64,000 bases of DNA from Bacteroidales bacterium (GTDB taxonomy: Bacteria; Bacteroidota; Bacteroidia; Bacteroidales; UBA10428). The position numbers and the translations under genes were made by a program. Shown in pieces: positions 46,347-56,554 of this stretch; position 1 is the first letter of the stretch, and each line of letters starts with the position of its first letter. The notes below the pieces were generated by a model, which saw only the letters and a list, made by a program, of their open reading frames with translations, searched no databases and was not told the origin of the DNA. The DNA is taken from contig JAFGOR010000031.1 in assembly GCA_016926375.1 (NCBI GenBank), forward strand, positions 4,131 to 68,130, written 5' to 3'.

Positions 46347-48671
46347 ATGTTACATGACTTAATTACTAAATGTTGCCGGTTACTGATGGTTGTAATGCTA
46401 TTGACTGTCAATAACTACATGTATTCCCAAATACCTTCGGGTGGCTGGCGTGATCACCTGCCTTACAACCAGGGATTGCGAATTGCTGAATACAACGGCA
46501 GGATTTTCTGTGCTACAATGGCTGGTAGCCTGTTTTCTTATGACACAAGAGACAACAGCATTAAAAAGCATTCCAAGACAAACGGGCTGTCAGACGCCGC
46601 GGTTTCAGCTATTGCATATTCCCGGTCCACCAACACGCTCATTATTGGATATGGCAACGGAAATGTTGACCTGGTCCGGAATGATTCCGTGATTAACCTT
46701 CCGGATATCAAAAGAAAGACCATCATGGGAGCAAAGGGTATCAATAACATCTATTGCAAAGATCAGTATGCTTACCTGGCCTGTGGATTCGGTATCGTTT
46801 TGCTTGACCTTTACCGCCGTGAATTCAGCGACACCTATTTTTTTGGTGCGGGAGGCGCTCAGATATATGTTAATGACATTACTTCCAACAGTAATTATTT
46901 ATATGCTGCCACACGAAATGGCATTTACAAGGCTAACCTGAGTCATCCAAACCTGCTTGATTTCAATGCGTGGCAACAAGTTCAAACCCTTCCGGAGCCA
47001 AACGCAGCATACCGTTTTGTGGCATATTTTAACAATCAGCTCTTTACTGTTTACCATGATCCGGATTCCCCGCTGGAGGATGAGATCATTACTTTTGACG
47101 ATTCCGGATGGCAGGTATGGTCCGGGAGTTATACCGACAGGTTCGACTACCTTGGCGAGCAAAACGGATTCCTGGTGCTCTCATCGCTCCTAAAAACCAA
47201 AGTTTACAGTGGAAATGAAGAGTTAATCCGGGATAATACCACATATTATGCCAAGCATGCCTTATATGATTCAGGGATGAACTTATGGTATGCTGATCCA
47301 GGTGTGGGCCTGGTCCGGCTGGATGCTTCCGGAAACGGTACAGTTATTGCCCCCAACGGACCTCCGTCAAAAACAGTTGGTGATATTGAAATACTTTCCG
47401 GCCAGGTTTGGATTGGTTGCGGAAATATGGAATCGGAACATGCCGGTTATGGAGCCAGTTCCTTTATCAATGAGCAATGGACCTGGTATAACAGAAACAA
47501 CATTCCCGAGATGGTTAATTTTAACAATGTTTCCGAAATCTCCATAGATCCTGTGAATCCCGGACATGTACTTGGGGGATCCTACGGTTACGGGGTCGTT
47601 GAATTCCTGAACGGAAAACTGGTTGACCTGGTTGATCATGATGATGGCATCTTTGTTCATGTAACCGGATTTGAAACCCTGCCTGAATTTATCCGCATTA
47701 CCGGTGTGGATATTGACCGGCAGGGTAATATGTATGCCACTGCCTCAAACAGCGAGGTTGGCCTGTATAAAAAGAGTCCGGGTGAAAACTGGCAAGCCAT
47801 GGACCTGGAGTATGATGATTTTGGTTTTGATGTCAGCGTAGGCCAGATTCTTGTGCTGGACAGAGGTCAGATCTGGATGCTTATTGAAAACAAAGAAGGT
47901 ATACTGGTTGTTGAAGAGGAGGAAGAAGAATCAATCCGGGAACGCTTTTTTGCTGTCAGAAACAAAAACGGGAGTCAGCCCAGCCCTGTTTATTCCATTG
48001 CTGAGGACAAGGACGGAGCTATCTGGGTAGGTACAGGCAGCGGACCCATTGTGTACTTCAACCCATCTGAAATATTTGATGAGGAAACCGTTTTGGGCTA
48101 CCAGCCGCTGATTCCACGAAATGACGGTACAAATGATGCTGACCTGCTGCTGGTAACCGAAAAAATAAACGATATTGCCGTGGATGGTGCCAACCGGAAA
48201 TGGTTTGCAACCGAAAAATCAGGCGTTTTCCTGGAATCACCCGACGGGAAAAAGGAAATTCTTCATTTCACTGAAGATAACAGTCCCTTGCTCTCCAATA
48301 ACGTGCTGACACTGGCAGTGAATGATGCAACCGGCGAAGTTTTCTTCGGTACCGACAAGGGAATTGTTTCGTACCGGGGAAGTGCCACCGAAGGAAGTGA
48401 TGATTTCAATGAGGTGCACGTTTTCCCAAATCCGGTAAGGGAAACCTACCGGGGCGATATCACGGTTACCGGCCTGGTTGGTAATGTGAACGTAAAAATT
48501 ACCGACATCACCGGGAATCTTGTTTTTGAAACAACGGCACTGGGTGGCCAAGCCCTGTGGAATGGGAAAAATTTCAGGGGAGACCGGGTACAAACCGGTG
48601 TATATCTCGTGTTTTGCACCAACGAAGACGGATCAAAAACACATGTCACCAAGCTTTTATTTATTCACTGA
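46347..48671 (+). CDS. double beta-propeller protein with T9SS C-terminal sorting domain (PorZ-like)
   Basis: Start moved to the ATG at 46347, giving 774 aa with signal peptide MLHDLITKCCRLLMVVMLLTVNNYMYSQ. Repeated propeller blades of the two-component-regulator-propeller type. C-terminal ~80 aa (VHVFPNPVRETYRGDITVTGL...GVYLVFCTNEDGSKTHVTKLLFIH) is a T9SS CTD. The PorZ assignment comes from size and architecture only. Confidence 0.6.
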   Translation: MLHDLITKCCRLLMVVMLLTVNNYMYSQIPSGGWRDHLPYNQGLRIAEYNGRIFCATMAGSLFSYDTRDNSIKKHSKTNGLSDAAVSAIAYSRSTNTLIIGYGNGNVDLVRNDSVINLPDIKRKTIMGAKGINNIYCKDQYAYLACGFGIVLLDLYRREFSDTYFFGAGGAQIYVNDITSNSNYLYAATRNGIYKANLSHPNLLDFNAWQQVQTLPEPNAAYRFVAYFNNQLFTVYHDPDSPLEDEIITFDDSGWQVWSGSYTDRFDYLGEQNGFLVLSSLLKTKVYSGNEELIRDNTTYYAKHALYDSGMNLWYADPGVGLVRLDASGNGTVIAPNGPPSKTVGDIEILSGQVWIGCGNMESEHAGYGASSFINEQWTWYNRNNIPEMVNFNNVSEISIDPVNPGHVLGGSYGYGVVEFLNGKLVDLVDHDDGIFVHVTGFETLPEFIRITGVDIDRQGNMYATASNSEVGLYKKSPGENWQAMDLEYDDFGFDVSVGQILVLDRGQIWMLIENKEGILVVEEEEEESIRERFFAVRNKNGSQPSPVYSIAEDKDGAIWVGTGSGPIVYFNPSEIFDEETVLGYQPLIPRNDGTNDADLLLVTEKINDIAVDGANRKWFATEKSGVFLESPDGKKEILHFTEDNSPLLSNNVLTLAVNDATGEVFFGTDKGIVSYRGSATEGSDDFNEVHVFPNPVRETYRGDITVTGLVGNVNVKITDITGNLVFETTALGGQALWNGKNFRGDRVQTGVYLVFCTNEDGSKTHVTKLLFIH

Positions 48672-48686
48672 TATTAAAAAAGATCA

Positions 48687-49388
48687 ATGCTCCACAAAAC
48701 CAGGGCAATTGTTCTGCATTATATTAAATACGGCGAGTCCAGCCTGATTGTAACCTGCTATACCGAGCAATTCGGACGCATTACCTGCATGGTGAACGGA
48801 GCAAGAGCCAAAAAATCAAAAACTCCGGTAACCCTTTTTCAGCCTTTAGGCCTGCTGGAAATAGATATGTACTATAAACCCGGTAAGGAAATTCAACGAC
48901 TGAAGGACGCCTGGTGCCCGCAACATTACACTTCCATATCCTTTAACACCACAAAAAGCACGATTGCTTTGTTTCTGGCTGAAGTATTGTTTCATTCGCT
49001 CAAAGAGGAAGACAGCAATCCCAAACTGTTTTCCTTCCTGTTTCATGCTTTTCAACTTCTTGATGCCAAAACAGCAGGAGTTGCCATTTTTCACATTTGG
49101 TTTTTATTGCACCTGACCAGGTATCTGGGGATATCGGTTAAAGAACATGCTGAAGTCAGCAACCTCAGAACGTTGTCAGAGAGTCATTTATTTGCAAATA
49201 TTTCACCAGGCATACGGGAAGTTATGATGGATTTACTGAACAATCCCCAGGGCCCGCCGGATTCAGTTGTGCTCACGCATGCCGGCAGGACTGAATTGCT
49301 GGAAGAAATAATCAGATATTATGCCAGCCACATTGACGGTTTTTCCAGATTGAAGTCGTATGCAGTGCTCAGGGAAATATTTAAGTAG
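48687..49388 (+). CDS. recO: DNA repair protein RecO
   Basis: 233 aa. N-terminal OB-fold pattern KTRAIVLHYIKYGESSLIVTCYTEQFGRI and a helical C-terminal half. Confidence 0.9.
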   Translation: MLHKTRAIVLHYIKYGESSLIVTCYTEQFGRITCMVNGARAKKSKTPVTLFQPLGLLEIDMYYKPGKEIQRLKDAWCPQHYTSISFNTTKSTIALFLAEVLFHSLKEEDSNPKLFSFLFHAFQLLDAKTAGVAIFHIWFLLHLTRYLGISVKEHAEVSNLRTLSESHLFANISPGIREVMMDLLNNPQGPPDSVVLTHAGRTELLEEIIRYYASHIDGFSRLKSYAVLREIFK

Positions 49389-49439
49389 TAGCAGCAAAAT
49401 AGTTGTAGATGAAAATAATAAAGAAATTTATTCTATAGA

Positions 49440-50072
49440 ATGGAAATGAATTTGAAAAATTACAAGTGGCTCGATATGGCCAAACGAATGCAGGCTCTGG
49501 CACAGGCAGGTCTAACTTATTCCGATAACAAGTACGACATCGATCGTTACCAGCAGATGAGGCAGTTGAGCCTGGAGATTGTGCATGATTTTACGGGAAT
49601 GGACATGCAGACATTAGTTGATGTGTTTGCCTCCGAGAAGGGATACCAGACTCCCAAAGTAGATGTCAGGGGTGTTATTTTCAGGGATGACAAAATTCTG
49701 ATGGTCAGGGAAACCATTGACGGGGGTTGGACTATTCCCGGAGGATGGGCAGATGTGGGTCTGACCCCGTTTGAAGTAGCCCGTAAGGAAGTATTTGAAG
49801 AAGCCGGGTTGATTGTAACTCCGGTTAGATTGCTGGCTGTTTTGGATAAAAAATGTCACAACCATCCACCCGACCTGTATCATATTTACAAAATTTTTGT
49901 ATTGTGTGAGGAAACGGGGGGTACCTTACAGGGTGGCATGGAAACAAGTGAAACAGGATTTTTCAGTCCCGACAACCTGCCCCCTCTGTCCATGCCCAGA
50001 ATCACCGAAGAGCAGATCAGGCTGATGTTCGAGTATAAAAACAATCCGGAGAAACCGGCCGTTTGTGACTAA
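49440..50072 (+). CDS. NUDIX hydrolase with N-terminal helical NUDIX_N-type extension
   Basis: 210 aa. Nudix box GGWADVGLTPFEVARKEVFEEAGL. N-terminal WLDMAKRMQALAQAGLTYSDNKYD extension. Confidence 0.88.
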   Translation: MEMNLKNYKWLDMAKRMQALAQAGLTYSDNKYDIDRYQQMRQLSLEIVHDFTGMDMQTLVDVFASEKGYQTPKVDVRGVIFRDDKILMVRETIDGGWTIPGGWADVGLTPFEVARKEVFEEAGLIVTPVRLLAVLDKKCHNHPPDLYHIYKIFVLCEETGGTLQGGMETSETGFFSPDNLPPLSMPRITEEQIRLMFEYKNNPEKPAVCD

Positions 50073-53000
50073 TATTCGCCCCAGCTTTTAATGGTGATAT
50101 CGTCAATGGGAATCTTGCAAAGGGCTGTGAGAAAAGCACTGGCAAGTCGTGCATTCGTAATCAACGGTATGTTAAAATCCACGGCGCTTCTGCGAATGAG
50201 GTAGTCATTGCTGAGTTCGGTTTTCGTCAGATCCTTGGGAATATTGATTACCAAATCAATCATCTTGTTTTTAAGGTAATCCAGCGTATTGGGCTTTTTA
50301 TCCTCGTCGGGCCAGTGGAGCGTGGTACAGGGCATACCGTTCATTTCCAGAAATTGTGCCGTTCCCCTGGTGGCAAAAAGATTGTAGCCTTTCTCTGACA
50401 GCAATTTGCAGCTGTTGACCAGTTCCACCTTGGAACGCATTGGTCCGGTTGATAACAATATGTTTTTCTTGGGATAAGAGTATCCAACCGAAAGCATTGA
50501 TTTAAGAATGGCGTCGTAGAAATTCTCGCCGATGCAGCCAACTTCACCTGTTGAAGCCATGTCCACACCTAAAATGGGGTCTGCTTTAAGCAGGCGGGAA
50601 AAAGAAAACTGGGGCGCCTTAACCCCGATACAATCCAGGTCAAATGCTGATTTGGACGGTTTTTCAATCTTTCTGCCCAGAATGGATTGTGTGGCCAGTT
50701 CGATGAAATTAACTTTAAGCACTTTGGAGACAAAGGGAAAGCTGCGTGAAGCCCTGAGATTGCATTCAATTACCTTGATGTGGTTATCCTTGGCCAGAAA
50801 CTGGATGTTGAAAGGTCCGGAAATGTGAAGTTCCTCAGCAATTTTTTTAGAGATGCGCTTGATGCGGCGCATGGTTTCGAAATAAATCTTTTGAGCCGGG
50901 AACACGATGGTAGCGTCTCCGGAATGAACACCGGCAAATTCAACATGCTCGCTGATGGCATAGGCGATTAACTCACCATTCTGCGCTACAGCATCCAGTT
51001 CAATCTCCTTGGCCTGCTCAATAAACTCAGAGACCACTACCGGATATTGTTTGGAAACTTTGGCTGCCAGGTTGAGGTAGTGTTCCATTTCTTCCCTGTT
51101 GGAAACCACGTTCATGGCGGCGCCCGAAAGCACGTAGGAGGGGCGTATCAAAACAGGAAAACCGACTTCACCAACAAATTCTGAGATCTCCCCTATACTG
51201 GTGAGTTCTTTCCACCGGGGCTGATCAATCTTCAGCCTGTCGCACAACATGGAAAACTTATGGCGGTTCTCGGCATTATCAATGGAAAGGGGAGAGGTAC
51301 CCAGAATATTCACCTGCTGGTCGTGAAGCCTCATGGCCAGGTTGTTCGGAATTTGTCCGCCCATGGACAGAATGACACCATGAGGATTTTCAAGCTCAAT
51401 GATGTCCATAACCCTTTCAAACGACAATTCGTCGAAGTAAAGCCGGTCGCATATATCATAATCTGTACTAACCGTTTCGGGGTTGTAATTGATCATCACC
51501 GACCTGTAACCTTCCTTATTGATGGCATACAGCGCATTCACCGAACACCAGTCGAATTCCACACTGCTGCCGATGCGGTAAGCACCTGATCCAAGAACTA
51601 TAACAGATTTATGGTCACCTTTATATTGTACATCATTTGAGGTTCCGCTATAAGTAAGGTAGAGGTAATTGGTCATTGCCGGGTATTCGGCAGCCAGTGT
51701 GTCTATTTGCTTTACAACAGGCAGTATGCCGTTTTTCTTTCTCAGTTCCCTCACTTCCAACAGGCCTTCCTGCATGTGTACCTGCACGTTCTTTAACACG
51801 GCACGGGCAATCTGAAAATCCGAAAATCCTTGTACCTTGGCAGATTTCAGCAATTCAACCGGGAGTTCGTTTAATGAGTTGTATTGTTCAAGTTCGAGGT
51901 TGAGCGTGAAAATATTTTTGAGTTTATGCAAAAACCAGAGATCGATGCGGGTAAGATCATGAATTCTTTCAACCGAAATTCCTTTGGAAAGGGCATCGGC
52001 TATAACGAATATGCGCATATCGGTGGGTTCGCTCAGCTCTTTTTCCACCTGTTCAAATTCCAGATCCCGATTGCCGATAAAACCGTGCATGCCTTGCCCG
52101 ATCATGCGAAGTCCTTTCTGAATGGCTTCTTCAAATGTGCGGCCTATGGCCATAACTTCCCCTACACTTTTCATGCTGCTCCCGATTTGTTTCGAGACGC
52201 CGATGAATTTGTTCAGATCCCAGCGGGGAATTTTACATACAATATAGTCCAGGGCAGGTTCAAAAAATGCGGAAGTGGTTTTGGTAATGGAGTTTTTGAT
52301 CTCATGCAAACCGTATCCCAGAGAGAGTTTTGCCGCCACAAAAGCCAATGGATACCCGGTGGCCTTTGATGCCAGGGCGCTTGAGCGGGATAACCGGGCA
52401 TTCACTTCGATAACCCGGTAATCTTCTGAATATGGATCCAGAGCATACTGAATGTTACATTCTCCTACAATTCCGATGTGCCGGATAATTTTAATGGCCA
52501 ACTGTCTGAGAATATGGTATTCTGAATTGGTAAGTGTTTGTGAAGGAGCCACCACAATGCTTTCACCGGTATGTATACCAAGCGGATCAAAGTTTTCCAT
52601 ATTACACACGGTGATGCAGTTGTCGTAGCAGTCTCTTACCACCTCATATTCAACTTCTTTCCAGCCTTTCAGCGATTTTTCAACCAGAATTTGCGGGGCA
52701 TAAGAAAAGGCCTTTTCGGCCATCTTTCTCAATTCATCTTCATTGTTGCAAAAACCACTTCCCTGGCCACCCAGTGTGTAGGCAGCCCTGATAATAACGG
52801 GATACCCAAGCTCCCTGGCTGCTTCAACAGCCTTGTCGGTTTGGGTTACCGCGAAACTCTGGATGGTTTTTACCTGAATTTCGTCAAGCTTTTTAATAAA
52901 CAAATCTCGGTCTTCCGTGTCCATGATGGCCTGAACCGGAGTCCCCAATACACGCACCCGGTATTTTTCAAGGACACCGGTTTTATACAGCGCAATACCG

Positions 53001-53287
53001 CAGTTGAGGGCAGTCTGACCACCAAAAGCAAGCAGAATTCCGTCGGGTTTCTCCTTCGCAATTACTTTTTCCACAAAATAGGGAGTGACCGGAAGAAAGT
53101 AAATGGTATCTGCTATTCCCTCAGAGGTTTGCACAGTGGCAATGTTCGGGTTGATCAGCACGGTTTTTATTCCTTCTTCCCGCAAGGCTTTCAGAGCCTG
53201 TGAGCCGGAATAGTCAAATTCCCCTGCTTCTCCAATCTTCAGTGCTCCTGAACCCAGCACGATAACTTTAGTAATTGATTTGTCCAT
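50069..53287 (-). CDS. carB: carbamoyl-phosphate synthase large subunit
   Basis: Start moved to the ATG at 53287 (MDKSITKVIVLGSGALKIGEAGEFDYSGSQA), giving 1072 aa. Duplicated ATP-grasp halves (second repeat: VIVLGSGAYRIGSSVEFDWC) and a C-terminal MGS-like allosteric domain. Confidence 0.97.
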   Translation of the reverse strand: MDKSITKVIVLGSGALKIGEAGEFDYSGSQALKALREEGIKTVLINPNIATVQTSEGIADTIYFLPVTPYFVEKVIAKEKPDGILLAFGGQTALNCGIALYKTGVLEKYRVRVLGTPVQAIMDTEDRDLFIKKLDEIQVKTIQSFAVTQTDKAVEAARELGYPVIIRAAYTLGGQGSGFCNNEDELRKMAEKAFSYAPQILVEKSLKGWKEVEYEVVRDCYDNCITVCNMENFDPLGIHTGESIVVAPSQTLTNSEYHILRQLAIKIIRHIGIVGECNIQYALDPYSEDYRVIEVNARLSRSSALASKATGYPLAFVAAKLSLGYGLHEIKNSITKTTSAFFEPALDYIVCKIPRWDLNKFIGVSKQIGSSMKSVGEVMAIGRTFEEAIQKGLRMIGQGMHGFIGNRDLEFEQVEKELSEPTDMRIFVIADALSKGISVERIHDLTRIDLWFLHKLKNIFTLNLELEQYNSLNELPVELLKSAKVQGFSDFQIARAVLKNVQVHMQEGLLEVRELRKKNGILPVVKQIDTLAAEYPAMTNYLYLTYSGTSNDVQYKGDHKSVIVLGSGAYRIGSSVEFDWCSVNALYAINKEGYRSVMINYNPETVSTDYDICDRLYFDELSFERVMDIIELENPHGVILSMGGQIPNNLAMRLHDQQVNILGTSPLSIDNAENRHKFSMLCDRLKIDQPRWKELTSIGEISEFVGEVGFPVLIRPSYVLSGAAMNVVSNREEMEHYLNLAAKVSKQYPVVVSEFIEQAKEIELDAVAQNGELIAYAISEHVEFAGVHSGDATIVFPAQKIYFETMRRIKRISKKIAEELHISGPFNIQFLAKDNHIKVIECNLRASRSFPFVSKVLKVNFIELATQSILGRKIEKPSKSAFDLDCIGVKAPQFSFSRLLKADPILGVDMASTGEVGCIGENFYDAILKSMLSVGYSYPKKNILLSTGPMRSKVELVNSCKLLSEKGYNLFATRGTAQFLEMNGMPCTTLHWPDEDKKPNTLDYLKNKMIDLVINIPKDLTKTELSNDYLIRRSAVDFNIPLITNARLASAFLTALCKIPIDDITIKSWGEY

Positions 53288-53325
53288 CCTGTAAAAAGCT
53301 GCAAAAAATAATCCTATATTTGGCG

Positions 53326-53333
53326 CAAAAGTA
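53326..53333 (-). promoter_or_regulatory. candidate -7 promoter element (TACTTTTG on minus strand) for carB
   Basis: The plus strand reads CAAAAGTA, which is TAnnTTTG on the minus strand, 39 nt upstream of the carB ATG at 53287. Confidence 0.35.
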
Positions 53334-53370
53334 CAAATATTTTTAAATTCCACTTGCATATTAATAAAAT

Positions 53371-53409
53371 AGTGCATACATTTGCATCACCAATGAATAT
53401 ATATACATC
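53371..53409. promoter_or_regulatory. tandem ARG-box-like operator (two 18-bp boxes, 3-bp spacer) over the argR promoter and start codon
   Basis: Box A, 53371-53388: AGTGCATACATTTGCATC. Spacer: ACC. Box B, 53392-53409: AATGAATATATATACATC. Box B differs from the enterobacterial consensus WNTGAATWWWWATTCANW at 2 positions. The 18+3+18 geometry matches classical ArgR operators. A third TGCAT-containing element lies at 53353-53370. Confidence 0.5.
53377..53384 (+). promoter_or_regulatory. candidate -7 promoter element (TACATTTG) for the argR operon
   Basis: Exact TAnnTTTG match, ending 26 nt upstream of the argR ATG and embedded in ARG box A. Confidence 0.4.
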
Positions 53410-53886
53410 ATGGGAAACAGAACAGAAAGGCTTCTAGCTATCCGCAACATCATTTCTTCACAAAAAGTCTCCAGCCAGGAAGAATTGCTCGAACTGCTCG
53501 AGAAAAAGGGGTTGAATTATACACAAGCCACGCTTTCAAGAGATCTTAAATTTCTTAAAGTGAATAAAATTTCCGATACGGAAAGGGGCTATATCTATGA
53601 ACTTCCCGATCAGCACCACATACCCGGGCAGGAATTGGCTGAAAGCTATGCAGCACAAGGATTTGTGTCGATTCAGTTTGCCAACAAACTGGGTATTATC
53701 CGCACACTTCCCGGTTACGCTCCCAGCATTGCATCTCTTATTGACAAGTTCAACGCCTTTGAAATTGTCGGCACCCTGGCCGGAGATGATACCATTCTGA
53801 TCATACCTCATGACAATGTGACTGAAAAAGACGTGATCAATACACTGATTATTATAGTTCCTGAGTTGAAAAACAAGATTAAGTAG
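53410..53886 (+). CDS. argR: arginine repressor
   Basis: 158 aa. N-terminal winged helix ([43 protein letters not shown]) and a C-terminal oligomerisation/arginine-binding motif [12 protein letters not shown]. Confidence 0.93.
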   Translation: MGNRTERLLAIRNIISSQKVSSQEELLELLEKKGLNYTQATLSRDLKFLKVNKISDTERGYIYELPDQHHIPGQELAESYAAQGFVSIQFANKLGIIRTLPGYAPSIASLIDKFNAFEIVGTLAGDDTILIIPHDNVTEKDVINTLIIIVPELKNKIK

Positions 53887-53893
53887 AGATACA

Positions 53894-55132
53894 ATGAAGA
53901 AAGAGAAGGTAGTGCTGGCATACAGCGGCGGATTGGACACATCGGTTATACTGAAATGGCTTATTGACAGAGGATATGAAGTGATTGCCTACATTGCTGA
54001 TGTAGGACAGGATGATGATTTTGCGGAGGTTGAAAAGAAAGCATTAAAAATAGGAGCTTCCAAGGTTTATATTAAAAATCTTCAGAAGGAATTTGTAACC
54101 GACTATATTTTTCCAGCCCTTAAAGCCAATGCCATTTATGAGAACCGTTACCTGTTGGGTACTTCGCTGGCACGACCCGTTATTGCAAAATACCAGATTG
54201 AAATTGCCGAACAGGAAAAAGCCCAGTATGTTTCGCATGGTGCCACAGGTAAAGGAAATGACCAGGTACGGTTTGAGCTGGCCTACTATGCCCTGAATCC
54301 CAAAATAAAGGTTCTGGCACCCTGGAAAATGCAGGAATTTCTGGATCAGTTCAAAGGCAGAACGGATATGCTGAATTATGCCAAAGAAAAAGGAATTCCG
54401 GTTAAGGCCACGGTGAAAAAGCCTTACAGTGAGGATGACAACCTGATGCATATCAGTCATGAGGCTGGAATACTTGAAGACCCTGCATATAAGCCCGAGA
54501 AAGATATGCTGACCAAAATAGTGCCTCCACAGCTGGCTCCCGACAAAGAAGTGCATCTTGAAATTCATTTCAAAGACGGTATTCCGGTTAAGGTGGTGAA
54601 CAAAGAAAGCAAGATCAGTGTCACCGAACCCCTGAAACTATTTCTTTACCTGAATCAGGTTGGGGGCGAAAATGGCATCGGCATGCTCGACATGGTTGAA
54701 AATCGCTTTGTCGGCATCAAATCCAGGGGTGTTTATGAAACTCCTGCCGGAACCATCCTGCTCCAGGCTCATATGGATATTGAAGGTATTGCCATGGACC
54801 GTGAAGTAATGCGGCTGCGCAATATGCTCTCACCCGTGTTTGCTGAAATAGTATATAACGGTTTCTGGTTCAGTCCCGAAATGGAATTCCTCAGAGCAGC
54901 CATCGATAAAAGCCAGGAGCTGATCACCGGCGTGGTTTTCCTTACCCTGTATAAAGGTAACGTAATCATTGACGGACGTACTTCGCCCAGTTCCTTATAT
55001 GATAAAGAATTATCAAGTATGGACATTGATGGCGGATTTGACCAGAAAGACAGTGCAGGCTTTATCAAGATCAACGCCATCAGGTTAATGGCACATCATG
55101 CCATTACCAAACGTAAGGGGAAATCATCCTGA
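53894..55132 (+). CDS. argG: argininosuccinate synthase
   Basis: 412 aa. N-terminal PP-loop [13 protein letters not shown], then [13 protein letters not shown] and [16 protein letters not shown]. Confidence 0.97.
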   Translation: MKKEKVVLAYSGGLDTSVILKWLIDRGYEVIAYIADVGQDDDFAEVEKKALKIGASKVYIKNLQKEFVTDYIFPALKANAIYENRYLLGTSLARPVIAKYQIEIAEQEKAQYVSHGATGKGNDQVRFELAYYALNPKIKVLAPWKMQEFLDQFKGRTDMLNYAKEKGIPVKATVKKPYSEDDNLMHISHEAGILEDPAYKPEKDMLTKIVPPQLAPDKEVHLEIHFKDGIPVKVVNKESKISVTEPLKLFLYLNQVGGENGIGMLDMVENRFVGIKSRGVYETPAGTILLQAHMDIEGIAMDREVMRLRNMLSPVFAEIVYNGFWFSPEMEFLRAAIDKSQELITGVVFLTLYKGNVIIDGRTSPSSLYDKELSSMDIDGGFDQKDSAGFIKINAIRLMAHHAITKRKGKSS

Positions 55133-55207
55133 TTTTAACTGCAAGAATCACATACGGATTAAAGTTAACTTCGGGATGGTGATTCCGAAAGCTGATATAC
55201 TATTGCC

Positions 55208-56554
55208 ATGAAACTTTGGGATAAAAATATTCAAACTGACCGGTTGATCGAGCAATTCACCATCGGGAAAGATCGTGAACTCGACCTGTTGCTGGCCCGG
55301 TATGACATACTCGGATCCCTGGCCCACATCACCATGCTCCAAAGCATCGGCCTGCTGGGTAAAGACGAGCTTCAGGTGCTTGCCAAAGAACTTGTAGCCA
55401 TATACCGCGATGCCGAGCAGGGCTCCTTTGTCATTGAGGAAGGAGTGGAGGATGTTCATTCCCAGGTGGAACTCATTCTTACCCGCCGGATTGGTGATAC
55501 CGGGAAAAAGATACATGCAGCACGTTCCCGGAACGACCAGGTGCTGCTTGACATCAAGCTTTTCATCCGCGACGAAATTCAGCAGGTTGTCGGAGAGGTT
55601 TATACTCTTTTCAAATTGCTTCTTTCCCAAAGTGAGCAATACCGGCATATACTGATACCCGGATACACACACCTGCAGGTGGCTATGCCTTCCTCTTTCG
55701 GACTCTGGTTTGGTGCCTATGCCGAAAATCTGGTTGATGATGTGCTCATGTTGCAGGCTGCTTACCGGATAAGCGACCAGAATCCCCTGGGTTCAGCTGC
55801 CGGATACGGATCCTCATTTCCCATCAACCGGAAAATGACCACCGAATTGCTGGGTTTTGGCAATCTGAATTATAACGTAATCAATGCACAGATGAGCCGT
55901 GGCAAAACGGAACGGGTATGTTCCTTCGCCCTGGCCTCATTGTCCGGCACACTTTCCAAAATGGCCGGCGATATCTGTCTGTTTGCAAGTCAGAACTTTG
56001 GCTTCCTTAAACTTCCCGACGAGCTGACCACCGGCTCAAGTATCATGCCGCACAAGAAAAACCCCGATGTATTTGAGTTGATCAGGGCCAAATGCAATAA
56101 AATACAAGCACTTCCCGGAGAAATTGACCACATCTGGAATAACCTGCCTTCAGGTTACTTCAGGGATATGCAAATTATCAAGGAATCCTTTCTTCCGGTT
56201 TTTTCAGAGATGCATTCCTGTATTGACATGGCATCCTATGCTGTTGCCCGAATCACTCCTGTTGAAGAGGTGCTCGGTGACAGCCGCTATCAGCATATCT
56301 TTTCGGTTGAGGCAGTTAATAAATTGGTAATGAGCGGACTTCCTTTCAGGGAAGCCTACCGCAAGGTGGCAATGCAAATTCAGGAAGGCACTTACCTGCC
56401 TGATCAGCAAGTGGTTCACTCACACGAAGGAAGCCTGGGCAATTTGTGTAACACCGAAATTGCCGCAAAAATGGAACACGTCTTGAGCTTGTTTAACTTT
56501 GATAAGAAAGACAAGGCCTGCCAGGATCTTTTAAACAGAAATGATGGGAAATAA
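55208..56554 (+). CDS. argH: argininosuccinate lyase
   Basis: 448 aa. Fumarate-lyase signature GSSIMPHKKNPD, plus HAARSRNDQV and GYTHLQVAMP. Confidence 0.96.
   Translation: MKLWDKNIQTDRLIEQFTIGKDRELDLLLARYDILGSLAHITMLQSIGLLGKDELQVLAKELVAIYRDAEQGSFVIEEGVEDVHSQVELILTRRIGDTGKKIHAARSRNDQVLLDIKLFIRDEIQQVVGEVYTLFKLLLSQSEQYRHILIPGYTHLQVAMPSSFGLWFGAYAENLVDDVLMLQAAYRISDQNPLGSAAGYGSSFPINRKMTTELLGFGNLNYNVINAQMSRGKTERVCSFALASLSGTLSKMAGDICLFASQNFGFLKLPDELTTGSSIMPHKKNPDVFELIRAKCNKIQALPGEIDHIWNNLPSGYFRDMQIIKESFLPVFSEMHSCIDMASYAVARITPVEEVLGDSRYQHIFSVEAVNKLVMSGLPFREAYRKVAMQIQEGTYLPDQQVVHSHEGSLGNLCNTEIAAKMEHVLSLFNFDKKDKACQDLLNRNDGK

Noticed and set aside
52571-53203. 210-aa ORF antisense to the carB N-terminal region. 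Other long antisense ORFs lie at 51884-52369, 54044-54568 (in argG), 55148-55672 (over the argH 5' end), 61975-62478 (in gltB) and 20801-21346 (in the kinase).
   Set aside because: All are nested in well-supported genes on the opposite strand and have no domain signatures. Long antisense ORFs are expected in GC-moderate conserved genes.
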